A stretch of DNA of 63,682 nucleotides from positions 91,508,543 to 91,572,224 of the forward strand of contig NC_068988.1 in NCBI RefSeq assembly GCF_001194135.2, read 5' to 3'. Of the stretch, positions 1-12,628 are shown in pieces (the first letter of the stretch is position 1; the number at the start of each line of letters is the position of its first letter). The notes beneath the pieces were generated by a model. It had not been told where the DNA came from. It saw only the letters and a program-made list of their open reading frames with translations, and made no database searches. The position numbers were made by a program, and so were the translations under genes. This DNA is from Octopus bimaculoides. Its lineage: Eukaryota.

Positions 1-340
1 TTACTTCATCTATTGAGGGTGAGGAGTCTAAGGAGCCAATGATAGGTCTTTGTTGCATAGTATCAATCACTGTTTCATCCACAACTAACTCATGGTTTAA
101 GAGTTCAGAGAAGTGTTCGATCCAGCGACCTGTGATTTCTGTTGATTTAGTAAACAGAGTGGAAGACTCCTTGGAAAGCAAAGGAGCTGATGTGGAGCTC
201 TTAGGTCCATAAGCTCGCTTCATAAAGTAGTAAAGCTTCTTGCTGTCATCAGCAGCAGCCTGAACATCACGAGCAAGATCCTCCCACCAAGTGATCTGCA
301 TCTTCCTGAGAGATCGCTGCAGTGCTAGACTTCGCTGCAC
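1..340 (-). mobile_element. RTE-clade LINE ORF2, endonuclease-to-RT linker (runs off window start)
   Basis: Stop-free minus frame RKMQITWWEDLARDVQAAADDSKKLYYFMKRAYGPKSSTSAPLLSKESSTLFTKSTEITGRWIEHFSELLN, the typical RTE WW..A.++Q.AAD / YGP / RW.EHF..LLN pattern. Confidence 0.85.
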
Positions 341-2534
341 AGTAGACAGTTCTCTGTGTAGCAATACACTGTGGGCATGGCGCTTTACCACCAATAGTCA
401 CTGTCAGGTCACTTATGGGGCTCTCATAAGTGCTACTGGTAACATGTAATCCAGTACAACCTGTTGCATGGTCGGGTTGCGGGTGACTAAACTGGCACCC
501 TCACCAGGCTATCCTGGTGAGGAGGGTTGCTAGAAACTCAGCAGGATTAAAAACAAGACCTGTTGAAAGTTCGGATGAACCTAGTGAAGGCTCAACAGCT
601 ATCTAGCAATAGCACGGGGTACGCAGAAATTTTGGGATGGTGTCCGGCGTGCTGAAAGACCACTGGGAGTGAGGCATCCCTCAGCTTTTATTGAAGCATG
701 TCTCTAGGAGAAGGTCACTCTGATATAAAACCAGATATGCAGGGAATGGCATTGGACATTTTGGGGATCTTTGGTTTGTGCTAGAGATCACGGCGCTCCC
801 ACATCCCTGAGCCTGCAACTCATATTGGCACCAGACATCTTGCTCTGGCTTGTCTTTGGATAATGTCAATAAAGTGGAGAGGGTCTATGAGGCGTTGGGC
901 AAGCCTTATTGGACCTAAAACACTGCACAGGCATTGCCGACCTCTGCTCGATATGTGGATTTTTGTTTTCACCTATATATATTTATCTTATTTTTAGTAT
1001 ATATTTTCTTCATTTTTAGTATATATTTTTAGTATTTTTTTTTTATTCAGAAGACCTGCGGCAATGGGAAGGTGGTGAAGCATGCAGACCTGACGGGTTG
1101 GAAGCATGTAGTCAGTGACCTGCATGTAGGCGGCCCATGCTAGATATAAAGTCGTCTCCTTGTCACCCAAGACAGCGGTAGGATTCGGTTGTTGCATGGG
1201 TGTCTGAGCAGCTCTATTTGGCGAGGGCACTGCTCACCCAGAGGCCGGGGAAGTTCTAGAAAAGGTGAACCAAAAATGCGTCTTTCCATATCTGCTCAGT
1301 TTAATGTGACTGACGGATGTCCACCCTGCGCTCGAAAAACAAGGAGTCTTTTATTTATAAAATCTGAAAAGAACTTAGACATTTCATGTTGGAATGTGCG
1401 CACTCTNNNNNNNNNNNNNNNNNNNNNNNNNNNNNNNNNNNNNNNNNNNNNNNNNNNNNNNNNNNNNNNNNNNNNNNNNNNNNNNNNNNNNNNNNNNNNN
1501 NNNNNNNNNNNNNNNNNNNNNNNNNNNNNNNNNNNNNNNNNNNNNNNNNNNNNNNNNNNNNNNNNNNNNNNNNNNNNNNNNNNNNNNNNNNNNNNNNNNN
1601 NNNNNNNNNNNNNNNNNNNNNNNNNNNNNNNNNNNNNNNNNNNNNNNNNNNNNNNNNNNNNNNNNNNNNNNNNNNNNNNNNNNNNNNNNNNTATAGAAGG
1701 TGATGGTCAGCTTGAGGAAGTAGGAGGTGGATACACCTTTTTTTGGAAGGGAAAGCAGAAGGAGGAGCGCAGAGAGGCTGGTGTTGGTTTTGCAGTTCGA
1801 TCTGATATCCTTAAGAAGTTGGAAGAGCTCCCTGTTCCTATAAATGAACATATAATGACTCTACAGTTGCACTTGAAAGGTAGGCGGTTTGCTACTCTAA
1901 TAAGTGCCTATGCACCTACTTTGACTAGCTGTGATGAAGATAAACAATCTTTTATACCCAGCTGAGAGCCATACTTAGAAAAATCCCCAATTCTGATAAA
2001 GTCATTCTACTGGGGGGATTTTAATGCCAGGGCTGGAACAGACTGGCAAACATGGAACTCTCTTTGACGTTTTGGAGTAGGGAAAATGAATGGCAATGGT
2101 CTCATGCTACTGGAGCTTTGCAAAGAACATAGACTTTACATCGCAAGCACTCATTTTATGCACAAAGGTGATCACACAACAACGTGGATGCATCCAAGGT
2201 CTAAAGTTTGGCACTTGCTGGATTATGTCATCATCCACAAGCGTGACATCTATGACATTTGTAATGTCAAGTCCTTTCATGGATCAGAATGATGGACAGA
2301 CCACAGTTTGGTGCAAGCAAAGTTCTAGATGATAATAAGAGTGAAAGAGAGAAGAGGACCAGTCTGAATGTCCACAAGGTGTATGATGTTATGGTGAGGA
2401 AAGAGCTTCAGACTCGCTTGTCCAGCATTGAAAATACTGCAGCATGGGAAGATTTTCGAGACCAGGTTCTTCAATGTGCAGCTGAAACACTGGGATATGC
2501 TACTGCCAGACACAGAGACTGGTTTGATCACGAC
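341..2534 (+). mobile_element. RTE-clade LINE 5' part: probable UTR plus degenerate APE endonuclease
   Basis: ISCWNVRT, GGGYTFFWKG, GVGFAV, ISAYAPT, GDFNAR, TWMHPRSKVWHLLDYV, WTDHSLV, ending HRDWFD; frameshifts and stops; gap 1407-1691; the UTR assignment of 341-1250 is inferred. Confidence 0.88.
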
Positions 2535-2801
2535 TGGGTATACATACACTGATACATATAAACACACATGTGTATTGCCTTACTATCATCGTAACATATA
2601 TACTTTACCAAAGTTCAGAATTTCATATTGACCTTGTAGCATTATTGACATAACTTTTCTGAGTATGTCTTTCTTCTACATCCAGTAAAAAGTTGACAAG
2701 TTTTTCATTTTAAAAAAGATGCTAACAGCTAGTTTGTGTGAACTAGTAAAGACTAGGTCTAGCTCATCATTTCTTTTATCTTACTTTGATTTCATTTGCA
2801 G

Positions 2802-2912
2802 AACCCAAAGTGTTCGGTGGCACAGAAAGCAATTCCTATCAACGATGGCTACAAGAAAGATTCACACCAGAAAGTTAGAGTGGAAAGAAGTCCTTATGAG
2901 CATGTTTTGAAT
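2802..2912 (+). CDS. SYCP2: Exon 1 in window (phase 0/0)
   Basis: ttcatttgcag|AAC...AAT|gtatgt; 111 nt; NPKCSVAQKAIPINDGYKKDSHQKVRVERSPYEHVLN. Confidence 0.7.
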
Positions 2913-5370
2913 GTATGTATAGCAATAATTTAATATTCAATGTCTCCAGGGATGAATGCACTGTATTATGTTGTAAAACGGTTTAATGTATTTCTTATGG
3001 TTCCCATCTAAGTTTCTAGATCATGATGATCATAGAATGTGTAATTTAAGTAGCATACAAACGTTGCAGATATATAACCATGTGCCTTAGTTGAAAAATC
3101 CAGAATGGAAGTAGAAACCATTGGCAGTAGTTCACTGAAGACTAGTCTCTGGGATATGGTTGTTTGATTTGCAAAGAATCATGGCCAAATCTCACTCAGA
3201 TCACACCCAAACAGTTTAAAAAATACAAAGTACAGTTTAAATAATAAGATATACAGAAAGATTGGCTGATCACGACTGGAACATTTTAAATCATAGGTCT
3301 GCTTAAACCAGTTGCTAATTTTTTTATTTTTTTTATTCTATATATGTCTGAATTTCAGGAATCTTTTAATTCTTCAACAATGAAGACCATGAGGAAATGC
3401 TCTGTTCCAAGTGAATGTATGACAACTCCATTAATGATAAAAGTACAAAAACTGAAGCCAGAAACTCAGAACGAGAAACCAGCTAAAGATATCAAGAACA
3501 CTCCTAGAAAAAATGCAATTATTGTGTCTGAAGTATCCCAATCATCCAAAAATACTGACAGAAGGAGAACAAACTCACCAAAGATAAAGAACAACTATGG
3601 AGTAGTTTCTGAAAGAAATAATCAAGGTAAATTATTTATTTGTATTTCAGATTAAATAAATAAACACATGAGAGAAACAACTATATTGAACACTACAAAT
3701 GTAAGAAAAACTGGGTATTTTACACCAACTGATTTATTATATCCTTCCTTTCTCCCTTCCACTTCTCCAAAATATCTGATGCCTAACCTCCTGTTTGATA
3801 AACTGAAGGAGTACATTAACAGGCAATATTTTTTTTTCTTTTTTAGATCTATTTGAAAGGACATTTTGATGCCATTTCGATGCTTATTCACCATTATCAT
3901 CATATTGTAGCTATAATTTTTCATAAATTATACTATGTTTTTCAATAACCTTTGAAAATAATCAAGAATTTAGAATAGATTAATTTGTTTTTAGTAAAAT
4001 AATTAACTTTTTCAGTATTACTGTGGTATGTATAACATAACTTAACAAAAGGTTCTTACGTACATGTCTGATGAATGATTTTAATTTAAATATGAACAAA
4101 TTAAAACAGATTGGTATCAAAGAACCAGGCAGTTTGTTAACATAGGTTTTACAATATTAATATGGTTCAGGTGGAACTATAATACATCTTTTCTAATACA
4201 CTCTCTCAGTGTCATCTCTTTATTGCAGATAATCATCATCATCATCATCATCGTTTAACGTCCGCTTTCCATGCTAGCGTGGGTTGGACGATTTGACTGA
4301 AGACTGGTGAAACCGGATGGCAGAGTTTCTACAGCTGGATGCCCTTCCTAATGCCAACCACTCAGAGAGTGTAGTGGGTGCTTTTACATGTCACCCGCAC
4401 GAAGGCCAGTCAGGCGGTACTGGCAACGGCCACGCTCAAAATGGTGTACTTTATGTGTCACCCGCACAAGAGCCAGTCCAGGGGCACTGGCAACGATCTC
4501 GCTCGAAAATCCTATGAAGGCCAGTCAGGCGGTACTGGCAATGGCCACGCTCAAAATGGTGTATTTTATGTGCCACCTGCACAAGAGCCAGTCCAGGGGC
4601 ACTGGTAACGATCTCGCTCGAAAATCCTTACACATGTCACGGGCACAAGTGCCAGAAAGGCGACGCTGGGCACAGGTGCTATCCCGATTTCGCTTTCGCT
4701 TGCCCCAATAAGTCCTTCTATCCATATCTTTCAAAGCCCATCTCTGCAGAGACTTCTTCCAACTCAAACTCATAGTGGTTTTCACCCAGCATGCTTCATT
4801 ACATGTCACTATTAATGAAATAGTCTTTTGAATACACAACATTGAGCCACACATCATTTGTAATGTATTTCAGTGTAATGAGAGATGTTACATGGGGTTA
4901 TAGAGTTTTTCTCAATGAACAAGGAGTATTTATGGTGATATCAACCAAAGAGAGACTACGCATTGACTTTTTCAGCTTTGAGTCATTAACTGCCATCATG
5001 TCTAATTGTCAAATATATTTTAATAAATATTCTTTGAGTTTGTTTGACATTGATTTCTGCCGACATCCCCCTCCATTACTAAAACTTTCTTTTGATCAAG
5101 AATAAAGAAATTTTGTGTGTGTCACACACACACACACACACATACATGCACCAACACACAAGTAATCTAACTGGTCATAAAGCAGTTCAAAGTGTAAATA
5201 TATAATTTTGACTGTGTATGTACATAGCTAAATAAAACTTCTGTTCTAAGAAACACTTTTGTAGCTAACTACTTCAGAATTTTCTTAATGTAGTGCCATG
5301 TATGTTAGTTCATTATATTTCAAGAAATTAGAGTTCTAGACTGAATACCAAACAGTATTTAAATTTGTCA

Positions 5371-5408
<38 letters not shown>

Positions 5409-8400
5409 GAAATTCAAATAATATCAGTAATATATTGGGGTTGATTCAGCTCCATAATCACTCCTTTAAAAAAAAATCTGTTGCTTTGTGTTATTATAAG
5501 AGATCATTATATATCAAGCAGAGTGGTTTTCAAATTGTGTCACCTTCAAGAATTTGTAATTTATTTGGAAATATTTTGTCAAAGTGTAATTTTCCAATAT
5601 TTACAGAACTGAAGGAAAAAGGTAAGAAAATAACTGCTACCATGCCAAGCAACAGTCCTGATTCAAATAGTCCTAAAACAGAACTGACCAATACTAAAAG
5701 TGGACAGAGATTATCTGCTAAAAAACCTGCTCTAAATCAACCATTGAAAACATATGAAAAAGTTTCATCTACTAGAAGATCCAGTAGGATTAACATTAAA
5801 CACCAGGATCTTCCTTCACCACAAAAAAAAGCTACTCCTCCAAAATCTCCAAGAAAACTTCGTTCAAGAACTAGAAATAACAAGATGACAATGAGCCAAG
5901 AGTCCAGTTCAGATTTTGTTACAAGTTCAACTGCAAAAGTTGCTGGAAGAGAAAAGGAGAACATGCTTAAAAACACATCATCTTTAAAACCATATGAAAG
6001 ATCATCTCGAATAAAACAAAATGTTGGGTCAACTCCTGTTTTAGATATTTCAAATAATTCCTGCAAGAAAACAGAACAAGCTAAAAAGATTCCTGATACA
6101 AGAGACAACTCTGCTTTGACATCAGTGGAAAATACAAAAACCAACCTTGACCAGTCTCACTTTCCAGTATCTCAGTGTGGAGACAACAAATGTAAGCTTA
6201 CCATAACAAATATTTTTTTTTTTCCATCTTGTATTGCCAATGGTTGTAAATTAAATTTGAAATATATTAAAATTCTTTTTTAAATTCTCAATTGCAGAAT
6301 AATGCTAATAATATAGCCTGAACAGGATAAACTACCCCTACACTTTTCTCTGCAAAATAGGGGTAGTTTATCCTGTTCAGGCTATATTATTAGCATTATT
6401 CTGCGATTGAGAATTTAAAATCACTTCTTTAACTTTCTAAAAGACATCTCAATGCTTCTAAAAAAGCAAACTTCATTTGTTTATTTACGTTTGTCGTAAT
6501 TTGAATTTAACATTAAAATTCTTATATTTAACTACTTATTTTGCATTCATTATATCCTCATTGATTTTACGTCTCTAGCCCAAACAACTACAGTTAAAAA
6601 CACATCTAATAAGACAAGGTTGAGATCATTTGACAAGTTAAACCTGCTGCCAGAAAAGTATCCACTTCGCAAAGACAATCACAGTAAGATATACACAAGA
6701 TTTCCAGTATAACCTCCACTTCATGTGCTTTCCCTTTGTTTGTGCACATAAACGTGTGTGTGTGTGTGTGCACATATTTGTATCTGTGTGTATATGTATG
6801 TACTTACGGATACACAGAAAGATAGATGTGTATACAACATTTTAAAGTAGGCTAACTGTATAGTCATGTGTTGTAAATGGCAATTAAAAGGTTTAATGTA
6901 AGGAATGGTATCTAGAATCTCCTGTTGAAGATGATATATGACCTACACAAGTGGTTTGTTTATAGTGATCAAATATATGTACTGTACATTAGCTCACTCC
7001 CTCCATCGATGTTGCCTGAACAGGCGCACAGGAACCACACATCAGGCATCAAAGTGATTGCAAAGCGACATGGAATGTAGTGTTTTGCTCAAGAACACAA
7101 TGCACCACTCGACCCAGAAATTGAAACCATGATCTCGAAATTGTGAGTGAAACACCCAAACCACTAGGCTATGTACCCCCAAAACATATTGTGTGTGTGT
7201 GTGTAACAAGTAGAGAATGGGGAGAATAGAGTTAGTGTCGTTTTTATTCTTCAGATTACAGCTGTTTCAACGACATATGAGTGACAAATTCTATAATAAT
7301 AAGTTGCCAAACATGGAAGAGAGCAATGATTATGTCATATCGAGGTAATGAACATAATCATGTGATTTAAATGAATATAATTACCTGTTGATACTGATTA
7401 AAGTTGTGTGTATCATTTCGTTTTCTCTTTATTTCACATCCGAGCTTTGCTCAAGGGAAACTACTTAGTAATTGTTTCTCCAGTTATCTTAGCTGATAAT
7501 ATATTGGTTAGATCTCTTTTATTTGTTCTCTCTGATTTCTTTACGTGCTTTAATTTTCTCAAGCTGACACAAATGACACATTTAACTCTTAATTTTGATT
7601 TGTTTCTCATGATTTTTTTGGTTTTTTTTAGATAAAAAGAGACCTGAAAACAAAACCACAAGCAATTCAACTGCAACAGAATTGAAGGAATCAAATAGAT
7701 CAATATTGAACAATCCATCTATCTGTACTATCCAGGAAACCCAAGAAAGTGTGTTTTTCATTATTTAACTTGACTATCTCTTTATAATTAATTATACTCA
7801 GTCGTTATCACAATCATTGATTTTTCAAGAATTGATAGTGTAGTTCAGTGTAAGGTGTAAAGAGTATTGTCTTAATTTCTGAGTATTTCTGGTACCCTGT
7901 TGACTAATATTCTTTTCACAATTTAACATTTATTTTTCTGTACCAGAATAGGGAAAATGTTTCGTGTTCATTTTTTACTTTTGTTTCATTTTCACTGGAG
8001 TAATTCTATTTCCTACTGGATACCCTTTTTACTTTTAACCACACAAATATGAAATAGGGGTGGAATATGTTTTTGCTAGTCAAACAACTCCATTTAGCGT
8101 AATCAGAGGTACTCCTATACTACTTCATCAATTTGTACCAATGAAAATGTTATAAACTTGATTTACTCAATGTTGTGCCTTTAATATGATATTTCTGCAT
8201 TGCTAATTAAATACTAGTATGATTTTACACTTTTGTCACATCAACATTACTGACCATCTGAAAGAATATATCTTTTATTTAAGCTTTATACTGATACACA
8301 ATAATATCCTAATACTTATACCATTTTGTGTGAGTGTCATCAGAGAGATACTGAATGATAAAGTGATAGAAGGGATATATATCTCTTCTATCACTGATAT

Positions 8401-8955
8401 AACAGCTAGGTCAGTCAGTACATCAATCTAGAGTTTGGAGAACTAACATTAATTTACTATGTGTCTATCTCTTGAAAAAGAGACAAAATCTCTCAGACAC
8501 TTTGTGATTTTGAGAATCCATCATCACCTGTGCCTGAAAGAAGTCATGTTTCACCTGGAAAATTTCCCTAAGAGACCCTGCTATATGCTTGTGATTTATC
8601 AACCAATATTTTGATGCTATTTCTAGTAGATCAAGGAACCATATAGAGCCTCCGTATTGTCCGACATAATGCCTTACATTATGTGTGTGTAACTTAGTCA
8701 CAATAAAGTGATTCACTGGTTATTTTCCAATATGCCCACTCCATGTATTAAGTGTTGTTTTCTTTCATTTATACATATAAATGGGTAAATGTGTGTGTGT
8801 ACGTGGCAAGGTCAGGCTTCCTGCAGTCTCTGCGTTCATGTCTGCTTGTCCTGAGTTGGACTCATCAGGCATCAGCAAGTTTGCGACAGATGTGGAGATT
8901 GCCTTCCATAAGTTTTTGCTTGCAAAAACAAGCCAAGAGAGTATGTATGTGTGTG

Positions 8956-8991
<36 letters not shown>

Positions 8992-11900
8992 TCTATAATG
9001 TGTGTGTTTCTCATAAATAAATTAGTAGTCAGAGAGATGATTGACGACAAATCAAGTGGTGGAAGTCCTAAGGTTGCCCAACTTTGTCTTCATCTTAATT
9101 CTGGCAAATACCTGTGACAACACTGGAACTCAGCTGTATTAGCCATTTTTCTGGTCAACATTGATGATGTGGAAAAGAGATCCCGCTGATCTTCCATACA
9201 ACTTGCCTAAACTCTAGAGAACACAAATCCTGTGTTGTCTAACCAGACTATCAATACAGGGTGAAGTGAGATTTTCTAGGTACTGATGTATGGTTTTGCA
9301 AAGCAAAAGAGATGCCAAAAATATTTTTAAAAACAGAGAGAGAGAGAGAGAGAGAGAATAGTTCTTAATTAAAATATTTGTCTGTTCAATGGTTACAACA
9401 GACAACATTATTCTACCATCATTAACTTTATAGAAAGATATCAGTATTGACTTATATAAGATCCTCTGCATTAATGTAGATCACTGCCTGCAAAGAAAGG
9501 ATGCATTGATCTTAACTAGATTGCTTTTGATCATAGAATTAAAGTGCAACATGAAATGAGTTTGTCTATTATAAAAGACAATTAGCATTTGTAACTTTGA
9601 GGTTAAGGTGATAGAATCTTGATCATTAACAAGGTATAAGCTTAGTTCTTATAACAACTATTAAGCTCTATTTCCCTGAGCAAGACAGCTTATTCTAGTT
9701 TATGTGGCTGAACAAAAGATGAATTTCTTCTCTTCTATAGAGTTCGGCTGTAAACGCAGTTGTTCCAACAAAAAGTATCCCACTTCTGGGAGAATTTAAG
9801 ATACGCCGTTTTTATTGTTTATTTATTTATTTAACTTTTTTACTGTTTGCAATGCCGCTTGCATGTGATGCAAATGCGGAAGTCTAAGGGAGATAATAAG
9901 CCACCAGTGTAAGGGAGGTAAATTGTCAATTTCAGTTTTATTTTTTCTAGAAAGAATCTTTTTAAATAGTTATTTCCAAGAAAATATAAATTTTTTAAAA
10001 ATTCTTTTCTCAAAGGACAATGTTAAAAATTAGAACACAAGAGTGATTGAATCGTTGATTTTGTTCTTTCAGGCTTTTTCTTTATAAATATCTTTGAAAA
10101 CGTGATACTACTAGAAAATATGCAATATGAAGCCGCTGTAACTGTCTACTTAATTGATCTTTTTTAGCCTTTCTTATAACAATTTGTAGATATACACATG
10201 AGTACAGAAAGTCAACAAATCATTGATATCAAGGACAAATATTCTTTGATAGAATTTTATTCCTATCCTATTTTCTTTGTATTTGCATTTTCACATAGTG
10301 ACAGTGAACTAATTGAAATCTAGCTATCAAGATAGTTTCTATGTCAGTGGCCAAATAGTTCAACATAGCAACCAAATCTTTGCCAACAATACCTATTTTA
10401 TCTTTAAAATGAGATCCACATATATTGTTTTCTTTTGTTTTACACAAGTTACTTGGTTTTTATTGGAGCAAATGTTTATTACATTTGGTTACTCTTCCTA
10501 CCACTAATTACTCAAATATGCACCTGTAAGTCAAACTGTAACACGTAGAGTTAGGGACTTTGTTCAGGAGTACAATGACAGCTTTAAATTTGATGTGAGT
10601 GTACTTAGTATTAACATATTTAATACATGAGGGAATTAAAAAGCAAATTATAAATAATTATATAGTGAGGACAAAAATTAGTGACTAACTAATGTGATTT
10701 TAGTTTATTAAATGTGGCAGATAACTCTAAATAAGTTTCCCTGTGATTATGACCTCATCAGCAAAGCATAAATTTTACTGCACTTTCCAGAATAGTGGTG
10801 GAGAAATCACTAAGTAAATGTATAAGATTGTACTCTGATTAGTGTATAAACCTAGAATTGTTTAGGGAAAAAATAAATCAGAGATTGAAGAAAATAAAGT
10901 TAGTTTTAGCATATTTAATGAGGAACGCAGTCACCCAGCATCTTTACACCTATTAAGCTGCTATATGTATATAATTTTGCATTTTAGAGCATTATAATTC
11001 ACAATAAAACTGGAAAAATATCTAGAACACACATTAACTTAGGATGTTTGCCTGTACTTGAAATATAAGACTACTTTAAATTTTATACATAAAAGACAGT
11101 ATATCTTTATTTGTATATCTAACATACAGTTTTGTTGATTTGTTGTAATCCTTTAACTGGATACTTGTTTACTCTTATAAAACTGACTCAACAAGTGAAT
11201 TAATTAAAATGAATATCAGTAAAAGACAGTGTTATACTCTTGTTCACTAAAATATACTTCCTAAATGTTAAGTTCTCATTATAAATATCTCAGATTTTAC
11301 AGCTCTTAAGCACTACAAAAATGTTCATTTTCCAGACTGTGCATATGAAGAGAATTCTATAGTCATCCCAGAATCTGTGCCACTCAAGCAGCAACCTCTC
11401 GTTTCTAGGAAACTGGCTAACTCCAATACTAAGTAAGTTAAAGCTCATATTCTACAGAATGTAAATCTCTTCTAAGGTACAAGAACTGGGAAAAGGGGAT
11501 AAATTCTAAACAAGATAAATCTGCAATACAAATTCAATCCATTTACCTTAATCCACATATCTACAATTTCCAACCAGAGTTGCTAACCTGGAGAGAGTAA
11601 ACAACTTCAAAATCATTATATCTGCAAGAAATAACTACTAAAACATACTTTAGATAATAGTCAACTCTTTCAAAAGGAAAGAATATGTTGTACAGTGTAG
11701 TCCTAGCTACACTAGATCTGAGCATAAGACTGAATGATCATCTTGGGAATGTCTCTGATTTCTAGATCAGCATTGACTTGAGGTTAACAACAATAATCTG
11801 GAGATCTGTGTTCTGCCAGTTTAACTTAACACCAGTTAAAATCTTTAATGGTAAGCCAAGATACCATACAAGAAATTTTCATATTCCTTCAAAGAAATCA

Positions 11901-12587
11901 GTTGAGTCTTTCTCTATATTTTCATCTTTTGTAAAGAAATATTGTTCATTTTTCTTTCTAGGATTAAACATAAAATTTCTTTGAATTTTTGTGAAATTTG
12001 TATAAACTGATTATGTTGATCAAAGTAAAATTAACATTATAAACATATATCTCAATGGTGCAGACATAGCCAAATTGTTGTAGATTTATTTCCGCAGGTA
12101 GTTTAGGCCATGAACAGAATTTAGTAAAAAGAAATTGTCCCAAAGCCCAGTCTTGACTGACTGGTTAAAAGCTTCACTTCACAACCAACACATTCCAAGT
12201 TTGATTGTTCTGTGTGACATCTTGGGCAACTTCCTTTATCACAGCTTTAGGATCAACTCAATCCTTGTGATTGAGGATAGAAACTGTAGAAGCCTGTCAG
12301 ATGAACTGTACCTGTAATAGCTTTTTTCAATCTGATAGGCTTGGTATACAGGTATATCTTGGATGACGTATTTCCTCAAACGGCTCTTGAAGTCCTCCTA
12401 TACAAGGAAAATTGGTTTCATCATCTCTTCTTTTTTTTACCATGCATGCTTCTATTTAATTTCCTTTTGTTAATATTGTATATCGTGCATATTTACATTT
12501 GAAAAATGTTTTTAATCATGCAATTCTATGTAAAGCCTCAAATTTTATGTATACACAGACACACAAGCATATACATATATATATACA

Positions 12588-12628
<41 letters not shown>

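Noticed and set aside
505-535. HDV-like ribozyme in the RTE 5' UTR (CCTCACCAGG-CTAT-CCTGGTGAGG hairpin)
   Set aside because: Only one hairpin is clear; I could not assemble the nested double pseudoknot or the L3 motif. An Infernal or RNArobo search would settle it.
1386-1703. ORFs made of X (also 39026-39665, 51632-52129, 62100-62684)
   Set aside because: Artefacts of N gaps.
3651-3856. Extra exon after gtatttcag at 3650 / ORF 3668..3856
   Set aside because: It would need a 24-nt intron, and phase 1 runs straight into TAA.
4401-4630. CRISPR-like array (also 30790-30908)
   Set aside because: Direct tandem copies with no unique spacers, in eukaryotic repeats.
5737-6144. Antisense ORFs 5737..6144 and 16434..16820
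   Set aside because: They shadow the large sense exons and show no independent signals.
8341-8410. AG...GT-bounded segment containing a small GTGATAGAAG/CTTCTATCAC hairpin
   Set aside because: Phase 1 entry hits a stop; the hairpin is too short to interpret.
8790-9240. GC-richer intronic patch as a nested gene
   Set aside because: Short ORFs broken by microsatellites, no recognisable motif and no consistent splice chain.
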